The notes beneath the pieces are model-generated. The model was not told the origin of the DNA, searched no databases, and was given only the letters and a program-made list of their open reading frames with translations. The position numbers were made by a program, and so were the translations under genes. Shown here one piece after another: positions 24,612-37,826 of a DNA stretch of 64,000 nt (the stretch's first letter is position 1; every line of letters begins with the position of its first letter). Source of the DNA: Octopus sinensis (lineage: Eukaryota); NCBI RefSeq assembly GCF_006345805.1, contig NC_043009.1, positions 40,796,001 to 40,860,000 of the forward strand, in the 5' to 3' direction.

Positions 24612-24861
24612 GTTTATATACTCTCTCTTTTACTCTTACTTGTTTCAGTCATTTGACTGCGGCCATGCTGGAGCACCGCCTTTAATATATTGGCTAAACT
24701 GGCAAAATGACCATTCTGAAATATAACAATATATATATATATATATATGTATGTATATATGTAAATATATATGTATATGCATACATGCATATATATAAGT
24801 GTGTGTATATACATAATGCATATATATATGTGTGTGTGTATATACATACATATGCATATAC

Positions 24862-24894
<33 letters not shown>

Positions 24895-24900
24895 ATACGC
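23690..24900. repeat. 1.2-kb compound TA/TG/CA/(CAT)n microsatellite block upstream of MED16
   Basis: Direct reading; source of the many Y/I/H-rich ORFs; contains a SINE tail at 24619-24682. Confidence 0.95.
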
Positions 24901-25061
24901 GCATATCGTGCACAATATCTAAATATATAGAGAGAAAGAGAGAGGAAGGAGAGAGAAAAGAGAGAGAGAGAAAAGAGAGACTACAACTAACAGTAAAATA
25001 CTACTAAAATACGAATCTACAAGCGGAGGTTCGAGTAGCTTTAGTAGAGAATTCTGGGATA

Positions 25062-25069
25062 ACTTCCGG
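25062..25069 (-). promoter_or_regulatory. ETS-type motif (CCGGAAGT) just upstream of the MED16 start codon
   Basis: ACTTCCGG 15 nt before the ATG in a short CpG-containing unique stretch. ETS boxes are common in housekeeping promoters; function untested. Confidence 0.4.
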
Positions 25070-25083
25070 TTAACATTGTCAAC

Positions 25084-25217
25084 ATGGAAGTCGTGTATGT
25101 TATCAAAAACCCAGCCAAGGTGTCTTCTGAGTTATATGACTGGTGTCCAGACGATCAAATTTGTTGCAGTTTATCTTGTAAAAATATTTTAGCCTTCAGT
25201 TCAGCATCTGACGACAG
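25084..25217 (+). CDS. MED16: MED16 coding exon 1 (MEVVYVIKNPAKVSSELYDWCPDDQICCSLSCKNILAFSSASDD)
   Basis: ATG at 25084, donor AG|GTATTT, phase 2. SLSCKNILAF resembles the MED16 N-terminal AWSCRNLIAF motif as recalled; joins exon 2 in frame. Confidence 0.88.
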
Positions 25218-27659
25218 GTATTTGAGTATTTCAATTTAATTACAGTTTCTTTTTCATTATCTTAGTGTCGGTGTGTGCACGATGAAGAAACAGACCGGTA
25301 TGTTTATAGAACGTATTGTGTACATAATGAAGATTGTAAGGAGGCATAGAGTTATATTTCTAGTTTATATAGTTAGACTGTTTAATTAAATATTGGTTGT
25401 GATGTGTGTGCTTTTATATATGTATCTGTGTGGTAGTTTTGTTGGTTAGTTACTGCAAGGTTCGTGATCGCATCACGTTGGTGCCTTTCGGTTTTAAGCC
25501 GGTAAAATACAGATTTCGCTCCATTCATGTATAGTATTCATTCTCTGACAAAATAATGTATCTGCATATTATATTTGAGAACTATAATTACATTAAAATT
25601 TTCATTCGGTGGGTGGGTGGGTGTTTATTACTCTTTTGGAGCGAGTTCGAAACATCGTGTGTTTAGTATTTTTGAGACGGTAAAGTGTTTTATAAATATA
25701 TATATATATATCACTTCAAGAAATAAATATGCAGTTTATGAGATATGGTTTATATATTATACTTGTTTATTTATAACTTTAACAAATAAATATAAAATTG
25801 ATAAACTATACAGTTTATATATATATAGGTATGGGTGTATGTATTTTGTAATTAAGAAATGTGTTTACAAATATATGTACATATGTATGTGTGTGAAATC
25901 GACTAAATAAATATATATAAGTCCTTAATTCATGTTGTGCATGTTTTGAAAGTAGGAAATCTTTATGTGTGGTGTGTATATGTAATAATACTCATAATGT
26001 TTACTGGTTTATATTCATTTTTCTGTTTATTTGTGTAGATTGGTTGCTTAATTATTTTTCGTTTTAGCAGTCGTCTTTTGACAGTGCAATGCCCTTTATA
26101 AACAGTGAACCTTTAACCACAGATAATTTCATAACCATTACACCTCTTAAACATCACCAACATTGCCATTTCTACATAGTCATGGGTTAACTGGATCGTC
26201 GTGGTTCCCGTTGGTTGTTATTTGAAGTGTACTGGGGGCATTTTGTCATGGCACCAACACTAAAAACTTCATGTCCTCAACACAGCATAAGTAACCTAAG
26301 TTAGGTTGCCTTAAACCTTGCAAAACTAAAGAGTCCGCAACACATTACTGTTTGTTGAAGGCAAGGTAGCCAAGAGGGTAACGCGAAGAGGTCAATGACA
26401 GAAAATGAATTCAGGTGAGAGGATGAAGGAACTGATAGCATAATGGGAAAAACAAAGTGATGTGGGTTGCAGGATAATAAAGATTGGAGTAATTTAAGAT
26501 TAGCTGAGATACCAGTGCCGGTGGCATGTAAGAGAACCATCCAAACGTGGCCGTTGCCACCGCCGCCCTGACTGGCCTCCGTGCCGGTGGCACATAAAAA
26601 GTACCATCCGATCGTGGCCGTTTGCCAGACTCGTCTGGCACCTGTGCAGGTGGCACATAAAAAGCACCCACTACACTCTCGGAGTGGTTGGCGTTAGGAA
26701 GGGCATCCAGCTGTAGAAACACTGCCAGATCAGACTGGGCCTGGCGCAGCCTTCTGGCTTCCCAGACCCCAGTTGAACCGTCCAACCCATGCTAGCATGG
26801 AAAACGGACGTTAAACGATGATGATGATGATGATAGCACGAGAAGGAGTTATGGAAGAAAGACAACAATGGCTGGGAGTAATATGGAAGAGGCAATGATG
26901 GCAATCCTGTGCTTGCTGCTAAAAAAGCAAGAAGTGATGAGAAAAAGAAAGCCAGTGGGAAAGTAACTGGGAGATTGTAAAAGACCTGACGGCATGACAG
27001 TTTTCTTCCTCATCTGGAATTCCAGATGCTGTGACACCTTCAGCAGCAACTTAGTTCATTAGGCTGAGGAAAGCAAACTGTTAAGGTATCTGTTGCTCTG
27101 TCAAGTTTATGGTCAGGCTTGTGGCAGTGGAGGTCTCCAGCATTCTTTGCATCCCTGCTCACTGCTATCAAAGGGGCGAAGATGTCTCTCCACAAGTGTG
27201 AGCCTTGTGAGTCAGAGTGGCTATTCTAGTGCATCTCCCTTGCCATTCTTTGGGGCAATGCCTTTTCCATTTTGTCTGCTTACAGGGAATTGTATATTCT
27301 ACTCTTTAATACAAATTCACTCCTTATATATATATATACGTAAACTTCGAACGATGAATATATACATATAGCAAGAAGAGGGATATGAAATCCAGGCATA
27401 TACCATATTTCTCCAAGTAAAATGCCAGGGCTGGTTCTTTGCGATGATGTGTGTTTTGGTAATCTACCTTTAGCTTTCATCTGATGTTCCAGTTTATTTC
27501 TTGGTTACTTAGAGTGTAAAGTACAATATTGTGTGTATGTTTATGTTTTTGGCAAAACCCCATTACTCTTATAATAAATATATGTATGTATGTATGTAAA
27601 GAAAGATTATAACACATATGTACAAAATTAATATTAAATAAAATGGCTTGTAGTCCTGA

Positions 27660-28070
27660 AGAATACTGGTTACTGGTAAGAGTGGGAGAGGGCTAGTCAA
27701 GGGTCATCAGGGCCTTTATGAGTCACAGTATCTTGAGGTGTCTTCACAACTTCATTCCCTGTCTACTTAGTTCTCCGTCTCCTACAAATTCCATCCATTT
27801 CAAGCATTGGCATTTTCTACTGCTGTCATCCTCCATACACATCACCTGCCTGCACCAGCACAGTCTCCTCTCTTCCACACTCTATCTAATTCCTCATAGA
27901 TCCAGTTCTTCTCTCAGCTCATTTCTTCATTGTCCCTGTGCATCAACATATTCATTGGTTCATGCTCACTTCACTTATTTCTTGATCTTTGCAGATCCCC
28001 TGCATTTAAGGTCCATGTTTTACTATCATTCAGCATCACACTTTTTACATGAGCATCATAGAATCTGTCC
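27660..28070 (-). mobile_element. RTE-type LINE C-terminal remnant
   Basis: Degenerate YDA.VKSVML..S.TW...R...ELRE.L...EERL.W..HV.RME...C..LE..G.CRR motifs on the minus strand. Confidence 0.6.
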
Positions 28071-29074
28071 TTCATCCATTCATCATCATCATCGTTTAAC
28101 ATCCGCTTTCCATGCTAGCATGGGTTGGATGATTTGACTGAAGTCTGGCAAACCAGATGGCTGCACCAGACTCCAATCTGATCTGGCAAAGTTTCTACAA
28201 CTGGATGCCCTTCCTAACGCCAACCACTCCAAGAGTGTAGCAGGTGCTTTTACGTGCCACCAGTACGAGGGCCAGTCAGGCAGTACTGGCAATGGCCATG
28301 CTCAAATGGTGCTTTTTATGTGCCACCTTCACAGGAGCCAGTCCAGCGGCACTGGCAATGACCTCGCTTGAATGTTTTTTCATGTGTCACCAGCACATTT
28401 GATAGTAAGGTGATGTAGGTAACGATCATGCTCAAATGGTGTTTTTAACGTGCCATCAGCATGGAGGCCAGCTTGTTGCTCAGGCCACGATCTCAATTGT
28501 ATGGTACTCTTAGTGCTCCACTAGCACAGATGCCAGTCATCGAGTTTGATTTCGATTTCACTAGCCTCAACAAGTCTTCACAAGCAGAGTTTAGTATCCA
28601 ATGAAGGGAAGGCACACATAAGTGAACTGGTTACACCCCTGGCATAGGCTACAAGGTTATGGTCTCACTTGCTCTTGCCGAGTCTTCTCAAGCAATTCTG
28701 AGACAGAAAACCTTCAATGCTGGTAGAGGTAGTTGTTCCCCAAACTTTCTCCACCCATATTTACTCTGGCTTCTATGCTTTCAGAACATCTACCTCCACT
28801 GCTGTTTGTGTCTCTTAAGTAATAAATACTATCAACTACATCTAGTGAACCTTCTGAGCATCTGAGAGAATTTTTTAAGATTATATTCTACTTTGCACCT
28901 GCCTCATACAAAGTCTGACTTCTTGCTTGTGACTAAATGCTGTACCCAGTGTAAACTAATGGTTGCCCAGTCATAATTTTATGGACTGTTAAGGCACAGG
29001 CTTGGCTCTGTGGCTGAAAAGCTTGCTTCTCAACCATATAGTTTTGGGTTCAGTCTTATAGTATGACCCCTTAA

Positions 29075-29293
29075 CCCTTTAGCATTCAGATTACTCTGTC
29101 AAATGTAATGCTTTTTTTCCACATTGTTTTGAATTAACCGTGCATTATCTCATAGCTTTAAAATTTTGATGATGTGATTGCATATTTTTAGAATATCATT
29201 AAAAGGTAGGTGTGATAGGCTGCATCTGGTTGGTTAGAACATAAAGCAGGTAGCATATTTGGAATGGATATTACCGAATTAAATGCTAAAGGG
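29075..29293. mobile_element. piggyBac-type MITE
   Basis: TTAA|CCCTTTAGCATT ... AATGCTAAAGGG|TTAA; sits inside a degenerate CORE SINE. A decayed relative lies at about 52672-52852. Confidence 0.88.
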
Positions 29294-30403
29294 TTAAGCA
29301 CTTATATTCTACTATAGTTCTGGGCTGCCCGAGTCCTTGTAGTAAATGGAAAAGATCTAAAATGTGGTTCAGAAGCATGCTTTGCAACCACATTGGTTTA
29401 GGTTCAATCTCAGTGCATAGCACCTTGAGCAAGTGCCTACTTCCATAACCCAGCATCAACTACATGGAAACAATAAAGAAGCCCACATATATATGTGCGA
29501 GTGTCTCCTTGTTTTTATATCACGTGATGATTGTATCATATAAGTGGTTTCCTTCATTTCCAATCTACTGTGAAATCATGCCCCTCTTTAAAGAAATATT
29601 ACCTAGCGTGGAAAGAGGTGAGGATTGGTAACAGGAGGAACATCTTGCTGTAGAGAATCTTCAACTAATTCCTTCTAACCCGTGCAAGCACAGAAAAGTG
29701 GGCATTAAAATGATGATTCACCTCATTATCATCATCATCGATTAACGTCCGTTTTCCATGCTAGCATGGGTTAGATGATTTGACTGAGGTCTGGTGAACC
29801 AGATGGCTGCACCAGACTCCAATCTTGATCTGGCAGAGTTTCTACAGCTGGATGCCCTTCCTAATGCCAACCACTCTGAGAGTGTAGTGGGTGCTTTTTA
29901 CGTGCCACCGGCACGGGGGCCAGTATATATATATATTTATATGACGAGCTTCTATCAGTTTCTGTCTACCAAATTCACTCACAAGGCTTTTTATCATTCT
30001 GAGGTTAATCGCAGAGGACATTTGCCTAAGGTGCCAAGCAGTAGGACTGAACCCAGATCCATGCGGTTAGAAAGCAAACTTAACACACAGCCACACCTAT
30101 ACGCAAATGTGTTAAATATGACTTTACATGAATGTGTGTGTGTATGTCTGTCTTTATTGTTCGTTTACATCCTTTAACAGAGTGGCTTGGTAAAAAGGGA
30201 CTGACAGATTAATCACCAGGCTTGAAATAAGTACTGGGGTCTATTTGTTAACTAAACTCTTCTAGGCTGTGCCCCAGCATGGCCACAGTCCAGTGACTGA
30301 CACAAGTAAAAGAATAACCTATCTCAAATATTAAGACATTCATAAAAAATTTCTTTGAAGGGAATGACGCTTTTTTTTTCCCCCTGTAGTATTTAAAATA
30401 GCA

Positions 30404-30808
30404 GCGGTGAGCTGGCAGAAACATTAGCACGTCGGGCGAAATGCTTAGTGGTATTTCGTCTGCCGCTGCGTTCTGAGTTCAAATTCTGCCGAGGTTGACT
30501 TTGCCTTTCATCCTTTCGGGGTCGATTAAATAAGTACTAGTTACACACTGAGGTCAATATAATCGACTTAATCTGTTTGTCCGTCCTTGTTTGTCCTCTC
30601 TGTGTTTAGCCCCTTGTGGGTAGTAAAGAAATAGGTATTTTGTCTGCTGCTATGTTCTTAGTTCAAATTCCGCCATGGTTGACTTTGCTTTTCATCATTT
30701 CAGGGTCGATTAGATAAGTACCAGTTACGCACTGGAGCCGAGGTAATCGACTTAATCCTTTTGCCTGTCCCCTCTATGTTTAACCCCTTGTGGGCAATAA
30801 AGAAATAC
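30404..30808 (+). mobile_element. Dimeric Meta-like SINE array
   Basis: Same junction GAAATAG|GTATTT at 30634/30635 as in the trimer. Confidence 0.8.
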
Positions 30809-33800
30809 GACAGGCAGATTAACATAGTTGTTCTATAAAATGGTGAAAGTCCCTTATCAAATATCATCTGTGTTTCTTCTGTATCCCTGTAGGATTACAA
30901 AAGCAGAGTAGGTCCTTGAACTTTATTAGTTGGAAATCACAATCAAAATGTGAAAAACCCAATTGACTGTATTTTCTATTGGTTCCTTATTTAAACTGTG
31001 TTGCAGAAGTGATTGTATGGCTAAGAAGCTTACTTCCCAACCACTTGGTTCTGAATTTCATCTCTGTGTGGCATTGCAGACAAGTATCTTATACTCTAGC
31101 TCCAAGCAGACCAAAAACCTTGTAAGTGGATTTGATAGATGGAAACTGAAAGAATCCTGTCTTGTAAACAAGTGTCGTGGCTGTATGGTTAAGAAGCTTG
31201 CTTACCAACCACTTAGTTCTGGGTTTCATTTCTGTGTGGCATTGCGGACAAGTATCTTGTACTGTAGCTCCAGGCTGGCCAAAATAGCCTTGTTTGTAAG
31301 TAAATTTGGTAGATGGAAACTGAAAGAATCCTGTCTTGTAAGCAAGTGTCACTGTCATCATATCAGTGGTGTCATTTGTTTTCAATCTTCCATGTAAACG
31401 TATTCAGCCATGGAGAAATATAACCTTTGTCATATTTCTAAGGCGGCGAGCTGGCAGAATCGTTAGCATGCCGGGCGAAATGCTTAGTGGTATTTCGTCT
31501 GCTGTTGCGTTCTGAGTTCAAATTCTGCTGAGGTTGACTTTGCCTTTCATCCTTTCGGGGTCGATAAATTAAGTACCATTGGGGTCGATGTAATCGACTT
31601 AATCCCTTTGTCTGTCCTTGTTTGTCCCCTCTATGTTTAGCCCCTTTTGGGCAATAAAGAAATAAGAAATATGACCTTTGTTTGGAAACAAGTGAGAGTT
31701 GGCAAGAAGGGCATTTGGTCATAAAAAAAATCTACCTCAACAAATTCTATCCATCTCATCCAAGCATGGAAAAGTGGCTGCTAAAATGATAAGGCTGATG
31801 ATTCTTATTGTCACTCAACTTGCTCCTTGACACCTTCACATAGTTGTAGTATTGTTGTTTTAGCTCATGGTGAGCATAGCAGGAGTTGAGCAGATATGTG
31901 ACCAAAGATGTTCCAATGATAAACATCTTGTCTCTTTTATTCAGATATATCTAGGGCCTCTGTCAGTCAGTCAAGTTCGAGTATTCCTTTGTAGTTGTGT
32001 AGGCTGAGACAAGATTTTTTTGTAAAAAAAAAAGGCGTGGCTGTGTGGTTAGAAGTTTGCTTCCGGGTTCAGTCCCCTGACATGGCGCCTTCGGTAGTGT
32101 CTTCTACTATAGCCCCAGACAGACCAAAGCTTTGTGAGTAGATTTGGTTGACGTGTGTCTGTGTTTGTCCCCTGCCACTGCTTGACAACCAGTGTTGGTG
32201 TGCTTACATTCCTGTAACTTACTGGTTTGGCAAAAGAGACCGATGGAATAAGTACCAGGCTTTAAAAAATAAGTTTTGGGGTCAATTCATTCAACTAAAA
32301 ATTCTTTATGGTGGTGTCCCAGCATGGCCACAGTCTAATGATTGGAACAGGTAAAAAAAAAAAATAAATAAATAAAACTAGCAGTTATCTATGCATGCAA
32401 GTTCCCCCCATTACACACCTTTGATGCTTATCCAGGTGAAAGGCCTTTACTAGTTTGGACTGATACAGTTTGAAACCAATGTTGTTACTATCAGAACACA
32501 AAAGTACCAAAACAGATTCCACTATGCATTGCACCTGACCCTGTATCAGTTCTCCCAATCCGCTATACCAGACCCATCGCATAGTTATTTTTTTTGTTCT
32601 TCCTGAAACTCTGTAAATCTGTGTCTCTCTTTTGATGAAAGGGTGTGTTTTAAGAGAGATTTGTCTGCTATTTGTAGTAGCTGAAGTTGCCACAGAGACA
32701 CCTGTGTGTGTGTTTTGTTGTGGTGAAAAAATTACTTTTTCTCAGAGTATTTTGCACAAAAATTTTTAAAGAAATCTGGACATGTTTCTTACTTGTTAAC
32801 CATTCAACTTCAAATTACAATTGTTAATTGTTGGAAGTCCAGTAGACTGAGATGTACTTATTGTGTTATCAGATAGAGTGGAAATTCAATACAAAGTTTT
32901 GAACTCATTATCTTATGGTTAGCAATCCATTACCTTAAATTTGAAGCCATTAAGTCTTTAAACATTATTTTACTGGGTTTTTAGTCTTTCGACTGTTGCC
33001 ATGATGCGCTATCATCTTGAAAAATTTTATTGATCATACTGACTTCAGTATGTATTTCAATCTGGCATTTATTTTTTTAGATCTCTGCTTGATGAACTTT
33101 GAGATATAGTCGGGCACAATACTCGATTTAACAACAAATGTAAACACACACACACACTTGTTAGGTATGAGAATGACTGTGTGGTTGAGAAGTTTGCTTC
33201 CCAAGCACATAGTTCCACATCCAGTCCTTCTGCATGCTACCTTGGGCAAGTGTTTTCTACTATAGCCCTAGGCCAATTACTGACTTGTGACTGAATTTGG
33301 TAGACAGAAACTGCAGCATTGTTCATCAGAAAATGACCAAAAAACATGTTTATAAAGAAGAGTTATTTGCTTCATACTCTTTATGTGCCAATTCTGTCCA
33401 TAAAAAAAGAAACAAATAATACAATGTGGCTGTAGGTCATAACACACTGGCAACGCTGGGGTGCATTACTAGTTTGTGTGTGTGTGTGTGTATGTTTGTT
33501 TCTTTCTCTCTCTCGACATTGCATGTTAGTTGTAAATGAGTGTCACTGTCATACAAGCAGTGTCATTCATTTCTAATACTCTGTGCAAGCATGTCTGGCC
33601 TTATTTAGAAACAGATATGGTTTGGTGAGTGACAGGGCATCCAGCCATAGAAAATCTGCCTCAGTAAAGTCCATCCAACTCATTCAAGCATGGGAAAGTG
33701 GAGATTAAAATGATGATGATATGATGGGCTTCTTTCAGTAGTTTTATCTACCAAATCCTTTAACAAGACTTTATTTGGTCAGCCCATGGCTATGGTAGAA

Positions 33801-35254
33801 AGTACTTGCCCATAGTACTACGCAGTGGAATTAACTAGAAGCAACATAGTTAGAAAGCTGACATCTTAACCGTTCAAACATGCCATTGCTTATGTATCTT
33901 ATGCAAACTTTTGGAACATGTTTGCTAAATTTTTGCAAAATTGTTTTGATAATGTCACATTTTTTTGTTGTGATTTTTCTTTCCTCAAATCCCCATTGAG
34001 TCAGTGATGTAAATTTATATTTAAATCTCAAAGTGAAAAGATTTATCAAATTTTGAGTTATTTTGAGATTTTGTTAGTAAACATTAAACTACTTGAAATT
34101 TAACTTTGTTAGACTGTCTTAAAGTGTCAGAAAAACACACTGTGAATGTTTGTTTCAAACTTTATCAATGGATAGGACCATTTAAAAATACAAACAAAAA
34201 TAAAAAGTAATCATATTTGTTGATTTTTGGGAGATTATTTTTCATTAAAACAAGGTTAAATTTATGTGTGAGAAAAAACCTCTTCTTTTGCAGTCTCTAC
34301 AAATGTTTTTAAAAAATAGTTAACATCTACTTTAAATACAAGAGGTATTTAATGCAATGGATTAAATATTTAATCCATTAAATTGATTAATATTACTTCC
34401 CCTAATCACTGTATAATTATTTCTAATTAGCCTTTTAATCTTTTCCATACTAACTTTCTTGAAATTGCCCCTGGTTTTATGGATATAAATTTCTTGTTTT
34501 ATAAAGTGATATAAATTAAAACCTTTCTTCAAATTTTCATTTTGTTTTATGTCCCAAACCCAGCTTAATGAGTATGAAGTTGTTTTATTTAATTTTTCAT
34601 CATTTTTAGAATTAATTGAAAGAAATTTGGTGTATTTCAGAAGAAACATGATTAATAAAACTGTTAATACTCACTGCTTTAAACATATCAATACTAACTT
34701 GACTATTGATTTTGATGCCGATGACAACCCTGGATTATTTATTCTTTAGAAATTTCTATTATTCCAATATGACCAATGTATGATTTTCTAAATTTACTGA
34801 GTTGTTCTTCCATCACTACTGCAGCAACTACAGTAAATTCTGTTTTACTGATGAGGTTTAATAAAACTGAAACCTGTTTGGAGTTGTCTCCCATGTGCAC
34901 TGAAAGAACGAAGCATTTTTTTATTTGCCTCACTGCATAAGTTTTTTTAGGTGTCCTTTCAGTACTCTTGACATGAAATATGTAGCCATCTACATTCAGG
35001 TTCAATCCCACTGTTTGGCACTTAGGGCAAGTCTTTTCTACTATATTACTATTGCCTTGGAAATTTGGTAATACCTGGTCAGTTGTAAACAGACTAAACA
35101 GCACTTCATTTACTGTTGTGTGTAGACTATACAGTATCCAGTAGTCAGTTATATCTAGATGGTATGGTCTATAGATGTCAGTAGCAGATACCCTAATTGG
35201 GGTACACCATTAAAAAAAAGATCTTGTCTATTTATTTATTTTTACCTTTTTCAG

Positions 35255-35432
35255 AGATGAATGTGAACCAGTCAGTGCTACACAAGTTCAAGTATTAGAT
35301 TTAGACAAACCATGGATGGTATATAAAGTTGCAACATTCCCCAGTCAGGTTGTCAATTTGGTTTGGGACCGAAATGGAACCCATCTGCTGATTGCCACTA
35401 GCGAAGGACAGTTGGACATTTGGCAAATAAAG
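35255..35432 (+). CDS. MED16: MED16 exon 2 (RDECEPVSATQVQVLDLDKPW...WDRNGTHLLIATSEGQLDIWQIK)
   Basis: Polypyrimidine tract plus TTTTCAG acceptor, GTAAGT donor; 178 nt restores the frame from exon 1. Resembles MED16 ILDTEHPW...WDQSGSRLL WD40-like segment. Confidence 0.93.
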
Positions 35433-35954
35433 GTAAGTGGACAACTGCACAAATATTCTCATTTCAGTCATTAGACTAGGGCCATCCTGGGGCACTGCCT
35501 TGAAACGTTTTTAGTCAAACAAATTGACCTCAGTGCTTATAGTGTTGGTCTCTTTTGCCAAACTGGTAAGTGATGGGGATGTAAACATACCAACACTGGT
35601 TGTCCTAGTATATCTGTGTATCTTTGTTTGTTCTCCATCCACTACTTGACCATTGATTTTGGTGTGTTTATGTCCCTGTAACTTAACAGTTCAGCAAAAG
35701 AGACTGCTAAAATAAGTATCAGGCCTAAAAAAAGGGTAAAGTACTGCAATCAATTCATTTCGCTAAAAAATTCTTCAAGGCCATACCCCAGCACGGCCGC
35801 AGTCTTAGAACTGAAACAAGTAAAAAAAAAACAAAAAAACAGCATCATTGCTGAAAGTATTTTTCACATAACAAGCATACAGGCATTGTTTTATTGGCAA
35901 ATGATGGTATGATATAAATCCAAACTTTAAATAATCTTGCAAATACTCTCTTTT

Positions 35955-36333
35955 TTTTAACTTGTTTCAGTCATGTGACTGTGGCCATGCTGGAGCACTG
36001 CCTTTAGTCGAGCAAATCGACCCCAGGACTTATTCTTTGTAAGCCTAGTACTTATTCTATCGGTCTCTCCTTTGCTGAACCGCTAAGTTACAGGGATGTA
36101 AACACACCAGCACCGGTTGTCAAGCAATGTTGGGGGGACAAACACAGACACACAAACATATACACACTCATATATATACATATATACGACGGACTTCTTT
36201 CAGTTTCCGTCTACCAAATCCACTCACAAGGCTATAGTAGGAGACACCTGCCCAAGGTGCTACACAGTGGGACTGAACCCGGAACCATGTAGTTGGTAAG
36301 CAAGCTACTTACCACACAGCCACTCCTACGCCT
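35955..36333 (-). mobile_element. CORE-type SINE
   Basis: Same head, core and tail as the 2936 copy. Confidence 0.85.
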
Positions 36334-37329
36334 ATACTGTTAGCACTTCTTACTATTGAGGGTTGCCATTATTGCTGCTAAATTTAAAAAACTCAAAACT
36401 ACATTTAAAATTGTCAGACAATTGAAACCATTCTATTATAGATAAGCAATAATGCACATTAGTATTGGACCACTATTATAATGTCTTCATGAAAAGTGTC
36501 CATTTGTCCTTAATTGGCTCACCTCGCTGAGTAGCTGCTTGGGATTACAGGTTTGCTAGGTGTGTGCTATTGGCCTGCTAAGGCATTTTGAATTTCCAAG
36601 TATTTCTGAAGGACTTTTTTAACCCTTTTTTCATATGATCGTCTTCATTTAATGTCTGCTTTGCATGCTGGCATGGATTTAGCTACATACATCCCTGCAG
36701 GGGTCAGTATTAACCACTTTGTGGCGAGCTGGCAGAAACGTGAGCACGCTGGGCGAAGTGCTTAACGGTATTTCATCTGCCATTACGTTCTGAGTTCAAA
36801 TTCTGCCGAGGTCGACTTTGCCTTTCATCCTTTTGGGGGTCAATAAATTAAGTACCAGTTACGCACTGAGATCAATGTTATTGACTTAATAATTTGTCTG
36901 TCCTTGTTTGTCCCCTCTGTGTTTAGCCCCTTGTGGGCAATAAAGAATTAAGTATTGACCACTTTGCCAATCCCTATGGTAGAGCTTTACCCCATGGTTT
37001 GAGCTTTACAAGCAAGAGTCATAGTGCAAAAGTTATCCAGTAACTATTGTCCAGTCTATAGACCTACCAAATGTTATTTCTTTGTAGAGAATTACTGTTT
37101 ATACTTGGATGTGTTCTACATCCTTTACCTGTTTGTACCTGTTAGAAAATTTACCTGATTGTCTTGTCATTGACTTCCAACTGCGGGTTATTAGTGTTGC
37201 TATACCCAAGCAAAGTTATTATGTATGTATGCATGCATAAATTATTAATTTAGACAGGTGAAGGAATAGAAGAAATCTCTGGAGATATGCTGTGACTGCA
37301 AAGACCTGACAAATAATGAGAGTTCATGG

Positions 37330-37826
37330 CTGTTTCCTGCACCAGTTTCGCATAGCCCTAGCCCATCCAAATTACCTTGCATTGCAGAATGACCTGCTGT
37401 GCTTACCTTGGATCGTAGGGTGACCTGCAGTGCTTGAGGAGACCTATTGAGTCAAGTACATCAACATTAAAATAAATATCAAATGGAAATTGTAGTTGTG
37501 ATACCTGTGCAGGTGGCACATAAAAAGCACCATCCGAACGTGGCCGATGCTAGCACTGCCTTGACTGGCTTCTGTGCCGGTGGCATGTAAAAAGCACCAA
37601 CCGATCGTGGCCACTGCCAGCCTCCCCTGGCACCTGTGCCGGTGGCACGTAAAAGGGACCCACTACACTCATGGAGTAGTTAGCGTTAGGAAGGGCATCC
37701 AGCTGTAGAAACACTGCCAGATCAGACTGGAGCCTGGTGCAGCCTCCTGGCTTCCCAGACCCCGGTCGAACCATCCAACCCATGCTAGCATGGAAAACGG
37801 ACGTTAAACGATGATGCTGATGATGA
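37330..37826 (+). mobile_element. RTE-type LINE 3' UTR / derived repeat with internal ~60-bp tandem units and (GAT)n tail
   Basis: GGTTGGCGTTAGGAAGGGCATCCAG...GTTAAACGATGATG. Further copies at about 26500-26835(+), 28077-28560(-), 29729-29925(-), 42782-42965(+), 49903-50220(-), 59040-59432(+), 61800-62092(+) and 63004-63320(-). Confidence 0.7.

Noticed and set aside
23691-25007. Many long Y/I/H/C/V/M-rich ORFs (also 40252-41618 and 44964-45872)
   Set aside because: Translations of TA/TG/CA microsatellites, which lack stops in several frames.
26500-26660. CRISPR-like repeat-spacer pattern of GTGCCGGTGGCAC units
   Set aside because: These are degenerate internal tandem units of a LINE-derived repeat in a eukaryotic intron; spacers are not unique and there are no cas genes.
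34362-34749. Overlapping ORFs upstream of the weak hammerhead as a possible Penelope GIY-YIG end
   Set aside because: No GIY-YIG or RT motif could be identified.
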